Source: Eledone cirrhosa (lineage: Eukaryota). From it: a DNA stretch of 64,000 bases. The stretch covers positions 246,202,001 through 246,266,000 of the forward strand of contig OZ024740.1 of assembly GCA_964016885.1 (NCBI GenBank), in the 5' to 3' direction. Positions 1-13,789 of this stretch are shown in pieces. The notes under the pieces are model-generated. The model searched no databases and was not told the DNA's origin. It saw only the letters and a program-made list of their open reading frames with translations. The position numbers and the translations under genes were made by a program. Every line of letters starts with the position of its first letter. Positions within the stretch are counted from its first letter, which is position 1.

Positions 1-214
1 TCCAGATGATCCATACCAGATACATCATATAATAACTGCCATATTGTATTTCAAATGATCTAAACTAGATACAATATATGTTCACTACCATACTGCATTA
101 TAGATGATCTATACCAGATACAACATATCTTCATTGTCACACTACATTTTATACAATCTGGCTCTGTTACACTACACTCTGTGCAACAAAAATGTGGATT
201 TTGTATACAATTTG

Positions 215-530
215 AAGGAGGTAAATTCCTCATCTGGGATGTGACATGCTGTGACACATTCTCCGCCTTCAACTTCGTCACCTTGGCCACAAACCCCAGT
301 ACAGCAGTTTACAATGCAGAAGATAGGAAGACAAGCAAATACTGTAGCTTGTCTGGGCGTTTCCTCTTTGCACCAGTTGCTGTCGAGACCTCAGGCATCC
401 TTGGACCCCAAACAGCTGAGCTCATCCAATAGCAGCTCGTCTGAGGAAGGAGCCCCATGATTGGGGTGACTGTTGCAGCGTGTGTCAGTTGCCATTGTGT
501 GCGGAAATGCCGTTGCAATTTTGTCCATGG
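215..530 (+). mobile_element. Degenerate 3' fragment of a CRE-like non-LTR retrotransposon (restriction-like endonuclease tail)
   Basis: Translation GKFLIWDVTCCDTFS...AEDRKTSKY...FAPVAVETSGILGP...VSVAIVCGNA matches the WDVT..DT / AE.RK..KY / P.A.ET.G / S.AI.RGNA pattern of CRE-clade RLE domains; contains stops and frameshifts. Confidence 0.7.
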
Positions 531-1394
531 GGCGCAGCCGAAACCCTGCTCTGACCTTAGGTGTAGTGTCTGTCTCCCTCTGCTCTTCTTCCTTTGTCTA
601 GTAGTCCTTGCTCTTTTTCCTCCAATTCTGCTCCAATTTCCTCCTTATCCTCCAATGCTGCTCTCTTATGTTTATATAAACTTTACTATGAAATAAAATC
701 TTATACTTTGACAAATAAAATTTATATACCTGACATATCCAGACCTAATACAAGCTGCAATGTGTTGTATGCCTGACATATTATACCTATTGGATGGTCA
801 AGGAACAACTTGATTGTTCTCATCCAACATTCTGTTTATTCAATCAAGTCAATGACAGATCTGTATGGATGCAAAACCTTTTCAAATTTTTGAATTGCAT
901 AAATTTATTCTTTTTATCATTTTCACTAACCAGATGATAATGTATCACAATACAAACTTTGTTCTAATTTAATCAAGTTTCTTGTATTGGATAAAGCATC
1001 TTTAAAAGGTCTATACGTTTTGCTTTGTATGTGTATGTTGTACATATGTATGTATGTGTGTATCCATATGTGTAAGAGTATATGTTTCCACGGGTGTTGT
1101 TTTCTATTGTATTTTCTTTATTCATTATGCATTTATTTCTCACCTTCCAATCTGTTTTCTCATCAGGTTTTCAGTCCTAAGCATGTCCTCTCTAAAGCTG
1201 TAAATATTATTGTTGACCATTATATGTTGCTCATGATATGTTTCAGATTACTTTAGATTATTCTTTGAAATAACTCAACTTTAGTCTCTTCTATAGAGAT
1301 TTAAAAATCAACAACAAAAAACAAAGCTTATTTGCGTTTATTATACTCCTGTGTATCGATTGACATACATTTATTTTTGTGTGCTGTGTGTGTG

Positions 1395-1560
1395 TGGCTG
1401 CATGTCTAACAGGTTTGCTTTCCAACTGTGTTGTTTGGGGTCTACTCTTACTGTATTGCACCTTAGGCAAGTGTCTTCTACTGCAGCTTCAAGTTTATCA
1501 AAGCTTTGTTGGTAAACTTTGGTAGATGTAAATTGTGTGAAGGCTTGTCAAGAAAACTGT
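1395..1560 (+). mobile_element. Old CORE-type SINE copy
   Basis: ACCTTAGGCAAGTGTCTTCTACTG core. Related copies at about 4110-4400 (-), 32350-32500 (+) and 41690-41840 (+). Confidence 0.5.
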
Positions 1561-3598
1561 TCTTGTTTTGGGGCGGTAAACTTAGTGTCACCCAGTTTAA
1601 CACCAACGTATGAGGTGGAGCAGCATACTCTACACCCCAGTCTAGGCGGTATATCTCAGCTGCACCTTGCAGACATGATGGCAAATGCATTGTTCCAGAG
1701 AGCAGCCAGCAACACTTGCTGCATCAGCCACTCCACCTCACAGGGTTCTTTCCTCAGATGAGATTCATTCCTACAAATTTGGTGGAGGAAAATGGCAATT
1801 CAAAGGCTTTGATGGTGACTGGTACGAAAAGGAATCGGTCAGTCAAGCTATTATATTTATATATGTGTATGCCTGTGTATATACATATTTGTATAGAATT
1901 AGCATTGTCATCAAATTTGGTGCCGGTAGAAACATCTTGTTAGCTGATCAAAGCAAAAACATAATGTAAGAATTATATATTTCATTGCTGTACTTCGATA
2001 GGTGATATTTTATAATGGTTTTCTTCCATAAAGGTAACAAACAGCAACTTCACTTACATCATACTGTATGTAATGTATTTAATTTTTTTTTTTTTCCTTT
2101 ACCAGATTCCAGTAACATGTATCATTATCGTTACTTTTGTGTACTGCTTCCACGTTCTTTTTTTAAAGGAAGAAAATAAGGGTTACTAGAAGTTACTTTT
2201 TTAAGATCTGTGTTAAAAACAGATTTGTCTATTCTAAAGTTTCCTCACAGGCCATATCTGACTCATATTTCTTACTAGACATCGTTTTGCAAGATTTGTG
2301 TTAAAAATCAAGGTACCTATTATAGAATTTCCTCATAAACTACTATTGACTGCCTCGTTCTTGCTAAATAATAACCTGGAGATATCTGCCAGTTAATCCC
2401 TTATTTTACTATATATCTTATGAAATATACTTGTGTATTTCAGTCAATGAGATGACAGCCTCTCTAGTGTTGGTGATCTACATGTTAAACACACTCAGTA
2501 CATGCTGTTAAGTTGGTGATAGGAAGGGCATCCAGCTGTTGAAAGCTTGCCTAACAAAGGATTAGAAGGACCCTCAGTTGTAACAACCTCCCCTGTGCAT
2601 TCGGCAGAATATGAGACTGTACATAAGTGAGACAACAGATCTTTGGCTTGTCTGAGAGATCAGTAGCCACCACTTCAGTACTGTCTTGGTCTGTGTAGAC
2701 CTGTCCAATACCTGTTCGCAGGGAAAGTGGATGTTAAAACGATGATAATGATTGAAAATAATTGACAGTTTGGGGGAGTTTAGTAAAATAACAAACTATT
2801 TCATCATTAAGTTGGTTTGTGACACAACAAAAGTCTCTTAAATATAATTATTATGGAAAGTTGTTTTAATTTAAAAATGACCTCTTTAAAATATGATGAA
2901 CCAGGTGTGGGATCATTGATACCAAAATGGTTAATTTGTAATAAATTTGAGCATATTTCAACTATAATCCCATTCGTTATACATAGCTTTCTCATTTTCT
3001 CGTTTATTATGTAGAGCAATATTTCCGACCATGTGGTTCCTGCCATACAGGGTTATAGTTTGAATATTTCGGGGGACAAATTAACATTTTTTTACATTAT
3101 ATCCTTTTAACATTAAATATGGTTTTGCATTATACTATCTTCATTTCTCACCTTTTACACTACCTCACTCCTTTTGAGCCAATAAGGAAGTCTTTTTGTG
3201 GTTTATTGATTTTTAAGAAATAACAGACAAAACTCATTCAAATCACTTTGTATTGTCTTAGAAAAGAAATAATTCATTGGATAATTTAATTCCAGATACA
3301 CTATGCGAAAAAGAAGTTGGGATGGTTATGGTTTGATTAGATTTCATCAGTCAGGCTTGATCTAGGGTTGAACAATTCTCTCTCTCTCCTCTCACACATA
3401 CATCACATTTACCTTAGGGACTGTGGTCATGATTACCCTACCTGTTTATTAACTCAAATGGTTAAAAAACATTTACTACACCACTACCTCACATAACCAC
3501 TTCCATCTATGCCCATCTCAGGATGACACAAAAATGGATACCCCCATTAGGTTTAAAATCTAAAACAATCTCATACAGGCATGTGTGCATGCGTACAT

Positions 3599-3636
<38 letters not shown>

Positions 3637-4704
3637 TTGTTTATTTTTACCTCTGTGTGAATTGTTTTCTGTGGAGCATGACATTAAATCATAATATTTA
3701 TATCAAAATACATCAAGCATGAAGTACATTGACTGAAGCACGACATAGAAGTCTTTACTTACATGCATGGCATGTTTTATGCAACATGATGTAGAAAAAA
3801 ATTCATTAAACTGACATATTCTTCCTGATTTTCCTTATACACTTTTCGGCTCTGGAACCATTAAGCGATCCCCCCCCCCCCCTAATCCTGATGGAGTAGA
3901 CAACCTTCAGGAGTTCTGTATAATGAGATATTTGGTGTAGGCTGCAACTAATAGTGATGATGATGAGGGATCCTCTGATGATTTTGACAATAAGCCTCCA
4001 GTTGTTTGATGGACAGAATGTCCGACTTATTAATTCTCAGACAGAATCAGCATAACACGTGACAAAGTTGGACCTTTTAATTATATATACAATCCTTCTG
4101 ACAAGCTTCCACAGTTTTCATCTACATAGTTTCACTCACAAGGCCAAAGGATATGGTAAAAAACACTTGTCCATGATGCCATGCAATAGGATCAAACCCA
4201 AGACCTTATGTTTGTGAAAAGAACTTCTTAACCACTCAGCCATAACTGGGTCCACAACTAGTTGTATTTTACACCTGAATCACTGCTTTCATTCACAAGG
4301 CTTTGGCCTACTCTAAGCTATAAAAGACACATACCCCAAATAGTATTCAGTGTGATCAAACTCATAAGCATGTGGTTGTGAAGAAAACTTTCTATTGATT
4401 TTAGAAGGTGATAAAACAGTACTTTCCAACTGCTGTCTTGCAAAAGTATATAGGTGTCTTATAAAATTTATACAGATATGTTGCAAAATTAGGTAGGTGT
4501 GTTACACAATTAGATAAATGTGTCACAAAAATGTCAGGTCATAACAGTGTAGTGTGATGTTTAAACCTGTCAACAAGTTATTACTGATATGTGAAGTGAA
4601 ATGGTCATTAGGAATTGAAACAGAATATTGGAATTTCCAGACCATTTCCCCAACTTATTACTGATATATGTGAAATGAAATTACCATAGATAAACTATTC
4701 TAAA

Positions 4705-4776
4705 TGTGTTGTTATTTCTCTGAGGAACTGGAATCATATCCATATGATTCCAGTTCCTCAGAGAAATAACAACACA
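4705..4776. repeat. Perfect palindrome, 35-bp arms, 2-nt spacer
   Basis: TGTGTTGTTATTTCTCTGAGGAACTGGAATCATAT-CC-ATATGATTCCAGTTCCTCAGAGAAATAACAACACA. Confidence 0.95.
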
Positions 4777-4860
4777 ACCAGGAGCTGGACATATCGATGT
4801 ATTGACGGAGTAAAACACACTTCAACAACATGTGTACCTGTCTCTCCCACACCAATTCGG

Positions 4861-4915
4861 ACTGCCTGAAGAGGTCACAGCCAATGATGGCTGTCACCGA
4901 AATATATATAGCAGT
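4861..4915 (+). ncRNA. Minimal type I hammerhead ribozyme (intact core)
   Basis: Stem I ACTGC/GCAGT; CTGAAGA core 4866-4872; stem II GGTCACAGCCA-ATGA-TGGCTGTCACC; GAAA 4899-4902; palindromic TATATA loop III; UA cleavage site 4909-4910. Confidence 0.85.
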
Positions 4916-7593
4916 ATTTCTATAATTTATAATAAACAAAGCCAAATTTTACATATTTGACTTAACTATTTTACATTACTCTGGAGTAAACAAACCAACC
5001 TGCATACTTCGCCGAGTGCTCCAATCTGCATACTGAGGTGTTGGTAAATATATATATAAGATGTTCATAGTGGAGTATCTCTGAGAGAGAAGACAAACAA
5101 TGAATTGCAGAGGGTGTTGGAAATAAAGCCAGTGAAGAGAAATGGAATGAGATGGTTGGGTCATGGATTGCTAGATGAGAGGAGTGATGGAAATGAATAT
5201 GGAAGGAAGTAGAAGGGGAAGATCAAGGAAAGACATGGTTAAAAATGGAGGAGAAAATGAAAGCCAAGGCATTGGGGAAGGGGAGAATGGAGAAGCTTGT
5301 CATGGGTCCCTCAACACGAATCCTTGTTTTAGCAGGCAGATAGCCTTAAAATGTTCATTATTTTCACTGGGTAATTGTGCCTAAAGTAGAAACAATTATT
5401 TTGTTACTGTATTTTTAGTTAAAAAACAAAGAAAGCTAGAAAATAGATGGGTTGGTATCAAAAGTGTTAATCAAAAACATCTCTTGAATTTCACTGGATG
5501 TTTTTTATGTTATTTTTTAAATTTTTTAATGATTTTGTTTATTTGAATAGTAAAGTATAAGCAGTGAAATTCCTCACTATCAACACTAGAGAAACATCTT
5601 GTTTTGGCCTGATCTCATCAATATTTTGGCCATTCAAGGACTCGGAAATCAACCTGGTTAACTAACCATTTTTTACAGATGTATATTGATTTGTATTGCT
5701 TTTGCACATATTCAAGAAAAAAAACTTTGCCTTATCTATCTACTATCTATCTAGCTTATCTGTCTATCTACACACACAACAAATCGAAAAGCTGTATTGG
5801 TTCTGCTTCAAAGAGCCATTATATTTCTGAAAGTTCTTAGGTTATCTATTGACCTATCTTCACGCACAAACTACAGAAACCCTCAATTGGTTTCTGTCTC
5901 AAAGAAATCATTATATTCCTCATCATTCTACAGCTTTTACTACCAAACTATTTCAGTTTAAAGTCAACATTTTGTCTATTCTTTCCACCCTAAATTTCCT
6001 ACAGGCCACTTTAAGTTCAAGCGACGTAGGACGAATTCATGTGGAGATGAGAATGAAACAATGTTTCAAAGGGAAGGTAAGAGTGCCAAGTCTCATCATA
6101 CCCTACTGCTGACTTCTACTCAGCTTTCAAAAAGGGATTTTAACTGCTTATTATTATTATTACTACTATGGTTCTTCTTATTTCTGTTCTCATATTTCTT
6201 GCTAACCAAATTCTTACTGACCACTAACTGACCATTCAGTAATTTGTTGTTCACTTATCTAATCTCTCTTTCTCTCTCCCTATTGATTTTATTATTCATT
6301 TCACTACATTCAATTATTTACTTTTTAAGTATCCAGTGGTTCCCAATCTTTTAACTCTTTTGTTATCATATTTATAATGAAAAACACTGCCCATGTGTTT
6401 CAAAGAATGTTTTAAATTACCAAGAATTTTGAGGGATTTAGTAAAATATCATTCTCATTAAGTTGGTGTTTGATACATAACTTAAAAGTTCTTACATGAA
6501 GTAATGATGGAAGGTTTTTAATCACAGATTTAAAAATTTTTAAAGAAAAAGGTTAGTACCATATAATTGTGGCTGGTTTCAGGCAGTTTGGTATCAAAAT
6601 GGTCAATTACTAATGATCCCTTTTATTTAAACAATTTCCCCACAGATCCCCTCTCCCCTTCAATTACTTTCCTTTTAGATTGTTGTATAGTGAGAATAAC
6701 AATCAAAAGAGAAATGTTTATACTTAGAATAGAATGGATACTCAATAGTGTATGCATATTATATTTTTAACAAACCTTGTGCCAAAAGTAGAAACAATTA
6801 TATTTTTAACAAAGTTCTTGAAATTTTGAACTTAGCTCATGGACCTTCAATACTACCTTTTATGAATGCTGTCACCCCCTGGAGCCTGCAAACCTCAAGT
6901 TGGGAACCACTGTTGAATATCTTGGTGCTTTCTGGTTTTCATGCCCCTACCCTCTCCTTACATTTTTTTATATTACTATGGGCCAATCACTTGATCACTG
7001 CATTTATGATGTTGACAAGAGGTTGTTTTACTTGGAGCAAACAAAAATATCACAGCATTTTTTTTTTTTCAAAATTATCAGTTCTTGCCGATCAGTGATA
7101 CATATATTCAATGAGCTTCTGCACAGTTTCCACTTAACAAATTCCACTTGCAGTGACACTTGTTCAAGGGGCTGTGCCGTGGGTATTGAAGTTAGAAACA
7201 TTCTTGCAGCCATGCCTTTTAATCAATTATTTTGTTTGCATATCATTTTCTCTCTCTCACCTACTATTTCTCTTATTCCCAATTTTTATGTCTGATGTTT
7301 CTTAATCTGTTTGACTGTCCATTTATTTTTTACTTTCCTTTCTTCACATTCCCTCTATCTCTCCTCTTCTTCCTCCTTCCCATCTTTCATTTTTCCTTTC
7401 TTCATGTTCCCTCTTTCTCTCTTCCTCCTTTCCAGTTTTCTCAGATCTTTCATTATATTTTTTGCATTTAATTCTTCCTATCCTTTGCTCTCTAATTTAG
7501 TAAATCCTTCACCTTTGTTTTTTAATTAACTAACTAATCTGTTAATTTCTTTATTTACACAACTAAATTTTCTTTACAATATATATATATCTA

Positions 7594-7658
<65 letters not shown>

Positions 7659-7740
7659 TGTATGCATGAGTGTTGGTGTGTGCGTGTGTATGTTGTACGT
7701 ATGAGTGTCCATAAGTGAGTTTTTTTAATTTTTTTTATTA

Positions 7741-10700
7741 TGCGTGGGGACATAGAAATAGTCGGGCTGGATACCCGATCATGCAGTTAAACCACTGGGA
7801 GTGAAGAACCCCTAGCCCTTTTCAGAGCATTCTTCTAGGAGAAGGCATCTCAGGAAACTGGGTTAACTCCGACATAAAACCTGCGGCTCAGTAGTTACCG
7901 ATGATGTTGATCTTTTCTTCTTTTCGGGTTATAGCTACTGTAGCTCAGAGAGTGGGATTGGCTCAGTGCACAGTCTTTCCTCACTTTAAAAATATTCTTC
8001 ACGCACAGGCATTGCACGATTGCATTAATTAATAATTATTAAGTGTATTATTATTATCATTGTTACTATTATTATTACTTTTTTTCTTTTTTTTTTCTTT
8101 TCCCAATTCAATGATGTTCCAAAACAATATAAAAGAGATAATTAACAATAAATGTTCTGGAACAAAAGAGATAATTGGCAATAAGAGCAGGGACCCCAGG
8201 TTATCACAGCCTGGGCCCGCTCGTCATCGTGCCACTGTAATAGAGCCAAACAAGGCATTTAGTCTTGGCTGCTGGAATGTACGGATGCTGCTTGACAGGG
8301 ATTCTTTGGAACGTCCTGAACGAAGGACCACTCAAAGGAGCTTCGATGTTACGATCTTGACATCGTAGCTTTATCTGAGATGAGGTTAGCTGGAGATGGT
8401 CATCTTACAGAATTTTGTGGAGAATATACATTCTTCTGGAAAGGAAGAGATGAAGGAACCAGAAGAGAGGCTGGGGTAGCATTTGCTGTTAAGACTGTTC
8501 TTGTGAATAAATTAGAAGAATTCCCAGTAGGGATTAGTGAGCATCTTATGTCCATTAGAATTCCGCTGGACAAAGGAAGATATGCGACCCTGGTGAGTGT
8601 GTATGCTCCAACTATGAATTCTGTCGATGAAGAAAAAGTGTCCTTTTATCATGCCTTGAAAGGTGTTTTAAGAAATATCCCTCAGGCAGACAGTCATCGT
8701 GCTTAATGACTTTAATGTTAGAGTGAGTAGGGATTTTAACACATGGAATGTAATCGGAAGGCGTGGGGTGGGAAAGTGTAACAACAAGGGTATGCTCCTG
8801 CTGCAGATGTGTGTGTTACCAACACCATGTTCCAACAAAAGAACAAATTTAAGACCATATGGATGCATCCTGCATTTAAGGAATGGCATCTTTTGGACTA
8901 CGTCCTAATCAGGATGCGTGACAGACGGGATGTGCAGTGTGTTCGTGCTCTTCGTGGCGCTGAGTGCTGGACGGATCACCGCCTGGTACGCGCAAAAGTG
9001 AAACTAATCACTAAATGTAAAATCCGGGCTCTTGGTGTTGCCCTGCCCAGAAGATTGAATGCTGCTCGTCTTAGGGATAAAAATGTGAAGAGGAGGTTGC
9101 AGATGTTAGTGAGGATTGGCCGACCCTTAAAAAGTCAGTTTATGATGTAGGCAGGTGTGTTCTGGGATTGGTGCGGAGAAAACATCAAGACTGGTTTATT
9201 GAGAATGATGAACATATGGAAAACTTGTTGGCTGATAAGAGGCGTGCTCTGTCATGCTACTTGACGGCAAAACCACAGGAGAAGAATATGTTGCATAAGG
9301 AACTCAAGGATGTGAAATCACGTGTTAGGCGGAGTCTTTCTCAGATGAAGGATCAGTGGTGGAGTGAGAAGGCTGATGAGATACAAACTGTCAGATTCCA
9401 ATAACACAAAGCTGTTGTACAGTCTCTTGCGTGAAGTTTATAGACCATCTTCTTCTCTGGTGACACCACTTCGCAGCAAGGATGGCAAAGAACTTCTTTG
9501 TGACTCACAAGGAATTCTACGAAGGTGGCGCGAGCACTTTCATGAGCTTTTGAATCGGCCGTCTGTCGTCAATGAAGATTTCCTCAATCTCATCCCAGAA
9601 AGTCCTGTGAAAGTAGCTTTTGCAGAATCTCTAACACTTGTGGAGGTTGCAGTCGCTATCTCGAAGCTGAACAGTGGAAGATCTCCACGTATGGATGGCA
9701 TACATGCAGAGCTCCTACAATATGGTGGTGAGAGACTCCTGCAACATCTTCACTCTTTGTTTGGCATGATATGGGCTAATGAATCCGTACCTGAGGACTG
9801 GAGAGATGCAGTAATGGTGGTCTTGTACAAGGGAAAAGGTAACAGGAATGATTGTGGGAACTACAGAGGTATATCATTGCTTTCTGTCGTAGGGAAAGTT
9901 TTATGTAGGGTGCTTCTGGACCGTCTGCTGACACACATTACGGATTGTGTTCTTCCTGAAAGTTAATCTGGTTTTTGTGCTGGACGCGGCACTACTGATA
10001 TGATCTTCTCTGCTAGACAGCTCCAGGAGAAGTGCATGGAACAAGGTTTGGATCTGTATCAGGTTTTTGTCGATCTGACAAAAGCTTTCGATACTGTTAA
10101 CAGAAATGCATTATGGAAGGTTCTCCAGAAACGTGGTTGCCCTGATAAGTTCCTTGCTTTAGTTAGGTCTTTCCATGACGGCATGAAGGCTTGGGTTAAT
10201 GTCGGAGGTAACATGTCAGAGCCTATCTCAGTAAAAACTGGAGTGAAACGGGGATATTCCAGCACCGACCCTGTTTGCCATATACTTTGCAATGGTTTTC
10301 TATATTGCATTCAGGAATTGCGAGCATGGTGTTTACATCCAATATCTAACATCAGGCGCTTTGCTGCAAAAACAAAAGTATTTACATCAATCATAAGAGA
10401 CCTCTTGTATGCAGATGATTTCGATCTTGTAAGCGCACACAGTGATATGCAGCACATTTTGAATGCATTTTCTGATGCTTGCACTGCCCTAGGATTGACT
10501 CTGTCTCAAGAAAACCGTCGTCATGTACCAACCTACCCCTGGTAAGCAGTACATTGAACCAAATATCTATGTGTATGGTAAACGACTTGGAAGCACTGTA
10601 AATCGATACAGCAACCTTGATAATGAAATCCCACTCGGGATTAGGAAAGCAAGTGATGCTTTCGGAAAGCTAGAAAGGCGACTCTGGGGTCAGCGAGACA

Positions 10701-11593
10701 TATGCAAGAAGACAAAGGTAAAGGTGTACAAGGCATGTGTGCTCTCTTCTCTTCTTTATGCCTGCAAGACCTGGGTCACATATCGACACCACCTTAAGCA
10801 ATTGGAGCGTTTCCATCAGATGTGTCTCAAACGGATCCATGGCGTTCACTAGAGGGACCACATCAATGATGTCGAGATTTTGGAAAGCTGTCTCTGTGAC
10901 AGTATAGAAGCTCTTGTGTTTAAGCAACGACTCCGTTGGAGTGGTCACCTTGCCAGGATGAAGGATTCTAGAATACCAAAACAACTATTTTAATTAGTTA
11001 AAGGAAAACGACCGCCACATAAAGCAAAAAAGAGGTATAAGAATTCCTTGAAAGCCTCTTTGAAAGAGACTAACATCTCTGCTGATACATGGGAAAAATG
11101 TTGTTGCTGATCGTAATAAATGGAGAAAGACAGTATATGAGGGAAAGGTTACCTTTGAGGCATCCCGAATCGCATACGAGAAAGTAAAGCGGGATGTGAG
11201 GAAGGGCATTGCTGTTGCATTTCCAGACGGCGAAGGTCCTCCTATGGTGCTGACATGCAACGTCTGTGCAAGACTCTGCCTAAGCAAAGCTGGACTCGAA
11301 AGTCATCTTCGCAGTCATAAAGTAAGACCAGTGGTTGATTACCAGGCTGCTGTTAGAGATGCTACTCATCATGCTTGCCAAACATGTGGTAGAGAATGTA
11401 AATCAGCAGGAGGGCTCAAACGACATGCAAAAGTACATGAACTCCAACCACGACCGGCTATTCCCAGTGAATGTTTTGGTTGCAAACTCTGTGCAAGACA
11501 TTTTAGATCATTGGTTGGGCTAAAAAGCCACATTCGATCGCAGCGCTGTTAATTGCTATCGTGTGTGTGGATATGTTTGTGTGTGCGCGTGTG

Positions 11594-11629
<36 letters not shown>

Positions 11630-11711
11630 ATTGTTGTTGTTCTCGTTATTATTATGTTTGTTTTTTTTCGTGCAATGGCCATACTCGATAACGAGGGGGC
11701 AGCCATCATCA
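7741..11711 (+). mobile_element. Near full-length degenerate RTE-clade LINE (APE endonuclease + RT + three C-terminal C2H2 zinc fingers)
   Basis: LGCWNVR, VYAPT, LLDYVL and TDHRLV (APE); NYRGISLLS, FVDLTKAFDTV and LLYADD (RT); three CxxC..H..H-type fingers at 11196-11552; 3' CTCG-ATAA-CGAG stem-loop and CATCATCA tail; many stops and frameshifts; 5' UTR boundary approximate. Confidence 0.88.
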
Positions 11712-11719
11712 TGTATGTA

Positions 11720-11774
<55 letters not shown>

Positions 11775-13350
11775 TACACAGACACATATAGACATACAAT
11801 TGTTTCTATAATGTGTTCAGTATATATGTAGATATATATATGTGTGTGTGTGTGTATGTATGTGTATATATATGTGTATGTGTGTGTATGTATATATATA
11901 TATACACACACACAGTTCTGTATGAGCGAGACACGGTCTCCTGACCAATCTTTCCTCAAGTGGGACAAAACCGTCCAACCCATGCTAGCTTGGAAGATGG
12001 ATGTTAAACGATGATGATGAAGATATATCATCATCACTATTTAACATCCTTTTTTTCCACGCTAGCATGGGTTAGATACGTTGTTCTGTTTGGGGCACTT
12101 TGGATCAGGTGACTGTCTTGCTCACACAGAACTGTTTCTGGCTTGGTTTCTACAACTGGATGCCCTTCCTAATGCCAACCACATATACAATGTCTGGTGG
12201 GTGCTTTTTGTTGCAACTCCGACATGGCTACTTCACAGTGTGGGCTGGGTACTTTTAGTCGTGACATCTACACGACCACTTTACAATGTGGGCTGGGCGC
12301 TTTTTGTCCTGTCACCATCACAACCACCTTACAGTGTGGGTTGGAGGCGCGTGCATCCCCCCCCCCCCCCTACACACACCCACACACCCCAAGTTACTTA
12401 TTGGACTGCTGTGGAAATATGGTTAAAAGTCACCTAAATCTAATAATGGGTAGTAGGTCTAACATGCAGCCAAGTTTAATACCTGTGTTTGACTACATCT
12501 AACTGGTCTTTATGTGTTTTTAACTCTTAACATCCTGTACTACATGAGACTGCATTAGCAAGACATTCTTGGAAAGAACAACATTATGACCGTGTTACAT
12601 TAAAAATTAAAATCTTATAGCAATTTTTACAATGATCTGTTCACTAGTAGAGACACAATAAAATATTTGAATTGAGAGACCACATTTTTAGACATTTTCA
12701 AGAAAATCTACAGGATGTTAAGAATTAAACGAAGTTTATTTCACTGGTCTTCACATGTTGAACCGCTGAGCTTTGGGACAGATTATTTAAGTCAGGCATA
12801 AAAGCATACACACACATGACTGACTTGAGTGGTGTAGCAAGCATTCAGATCAGATGCTGACTTCTTGTTTCCATCCAGTAGAAATTGGCATGGCCTGTTC
12901 AGACTAGACATCAACCACATCAATTTAACCACTCTGCACCTCTTCTCATTGCTTATCATAGTTTTTACATTCACTTTACCATGTTCGCAAGTGTTGTATA
13001 AGAGTTTGCATTGCATTTTTTTTTTTTGTGTGTCAACCTTTACAAGTATAGTATATACTACACACTTTCATCAAATTGGTTAGTTACATGACAAACAAAC
13101 ATAATTCATTTGAAACTATGTTGATATGAAGATGCATGGACACACACATATATGAAAATATATACACATATGATACACTCAGTACCCTTTGTAAAGTTGT
13201 ATGTGAACAAACTGACAGAATGTAGAACAATATTTGGTCCTGTTGAGGATTTGATAACTTTACTAGTTCAGTCATTGTCCATGACAATCTGTCCAACCCA
13301 TGCCAGCATGGTAAGTGGATACAAAATGAGGATATATATATTAAATTTTG

Positions 13351-13390
<40 letters not shown>

Positions 13391-13789
13391 GTGTGTGTAT
13401 ATGTTATGTAGGATACCCGTAGATGAAAGATCAAGGAAAACAATGCTTAATCTATTGCAAAAGAGCTTATTTAGTATAAATAATGCCTCATTCACTTAAC
13501 ACGTATGTGCGACCATTTATGGGTCCAGTTGTTGCCACCACTGTATATTTGAGGATGCTCTTCCAAACTGACCTGTCATCGGGCACGAGGGCAAATATAT
13601 GAAAAAGGAAGTCTCTTCAACAGACTATTTTTGCTCCAAAAGAGAGGTTCGTATTGGAAACGAGGCGTAATTCTGGAGTGTTTGAATTGTAAAGCACACC
13701 ATTTGTTTATACCATGACGATGGTCTTTCTTTGGCCCACGACTGAAGTGGGCACGATACGGACAGGTTCCATAAAGATCTGATAAGCAC

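Noticed and set aside
11503-12037. ORFs with HT/YI/CV runs
   Set aside because: Translations of (TA)n and (TG)n microsatellites.
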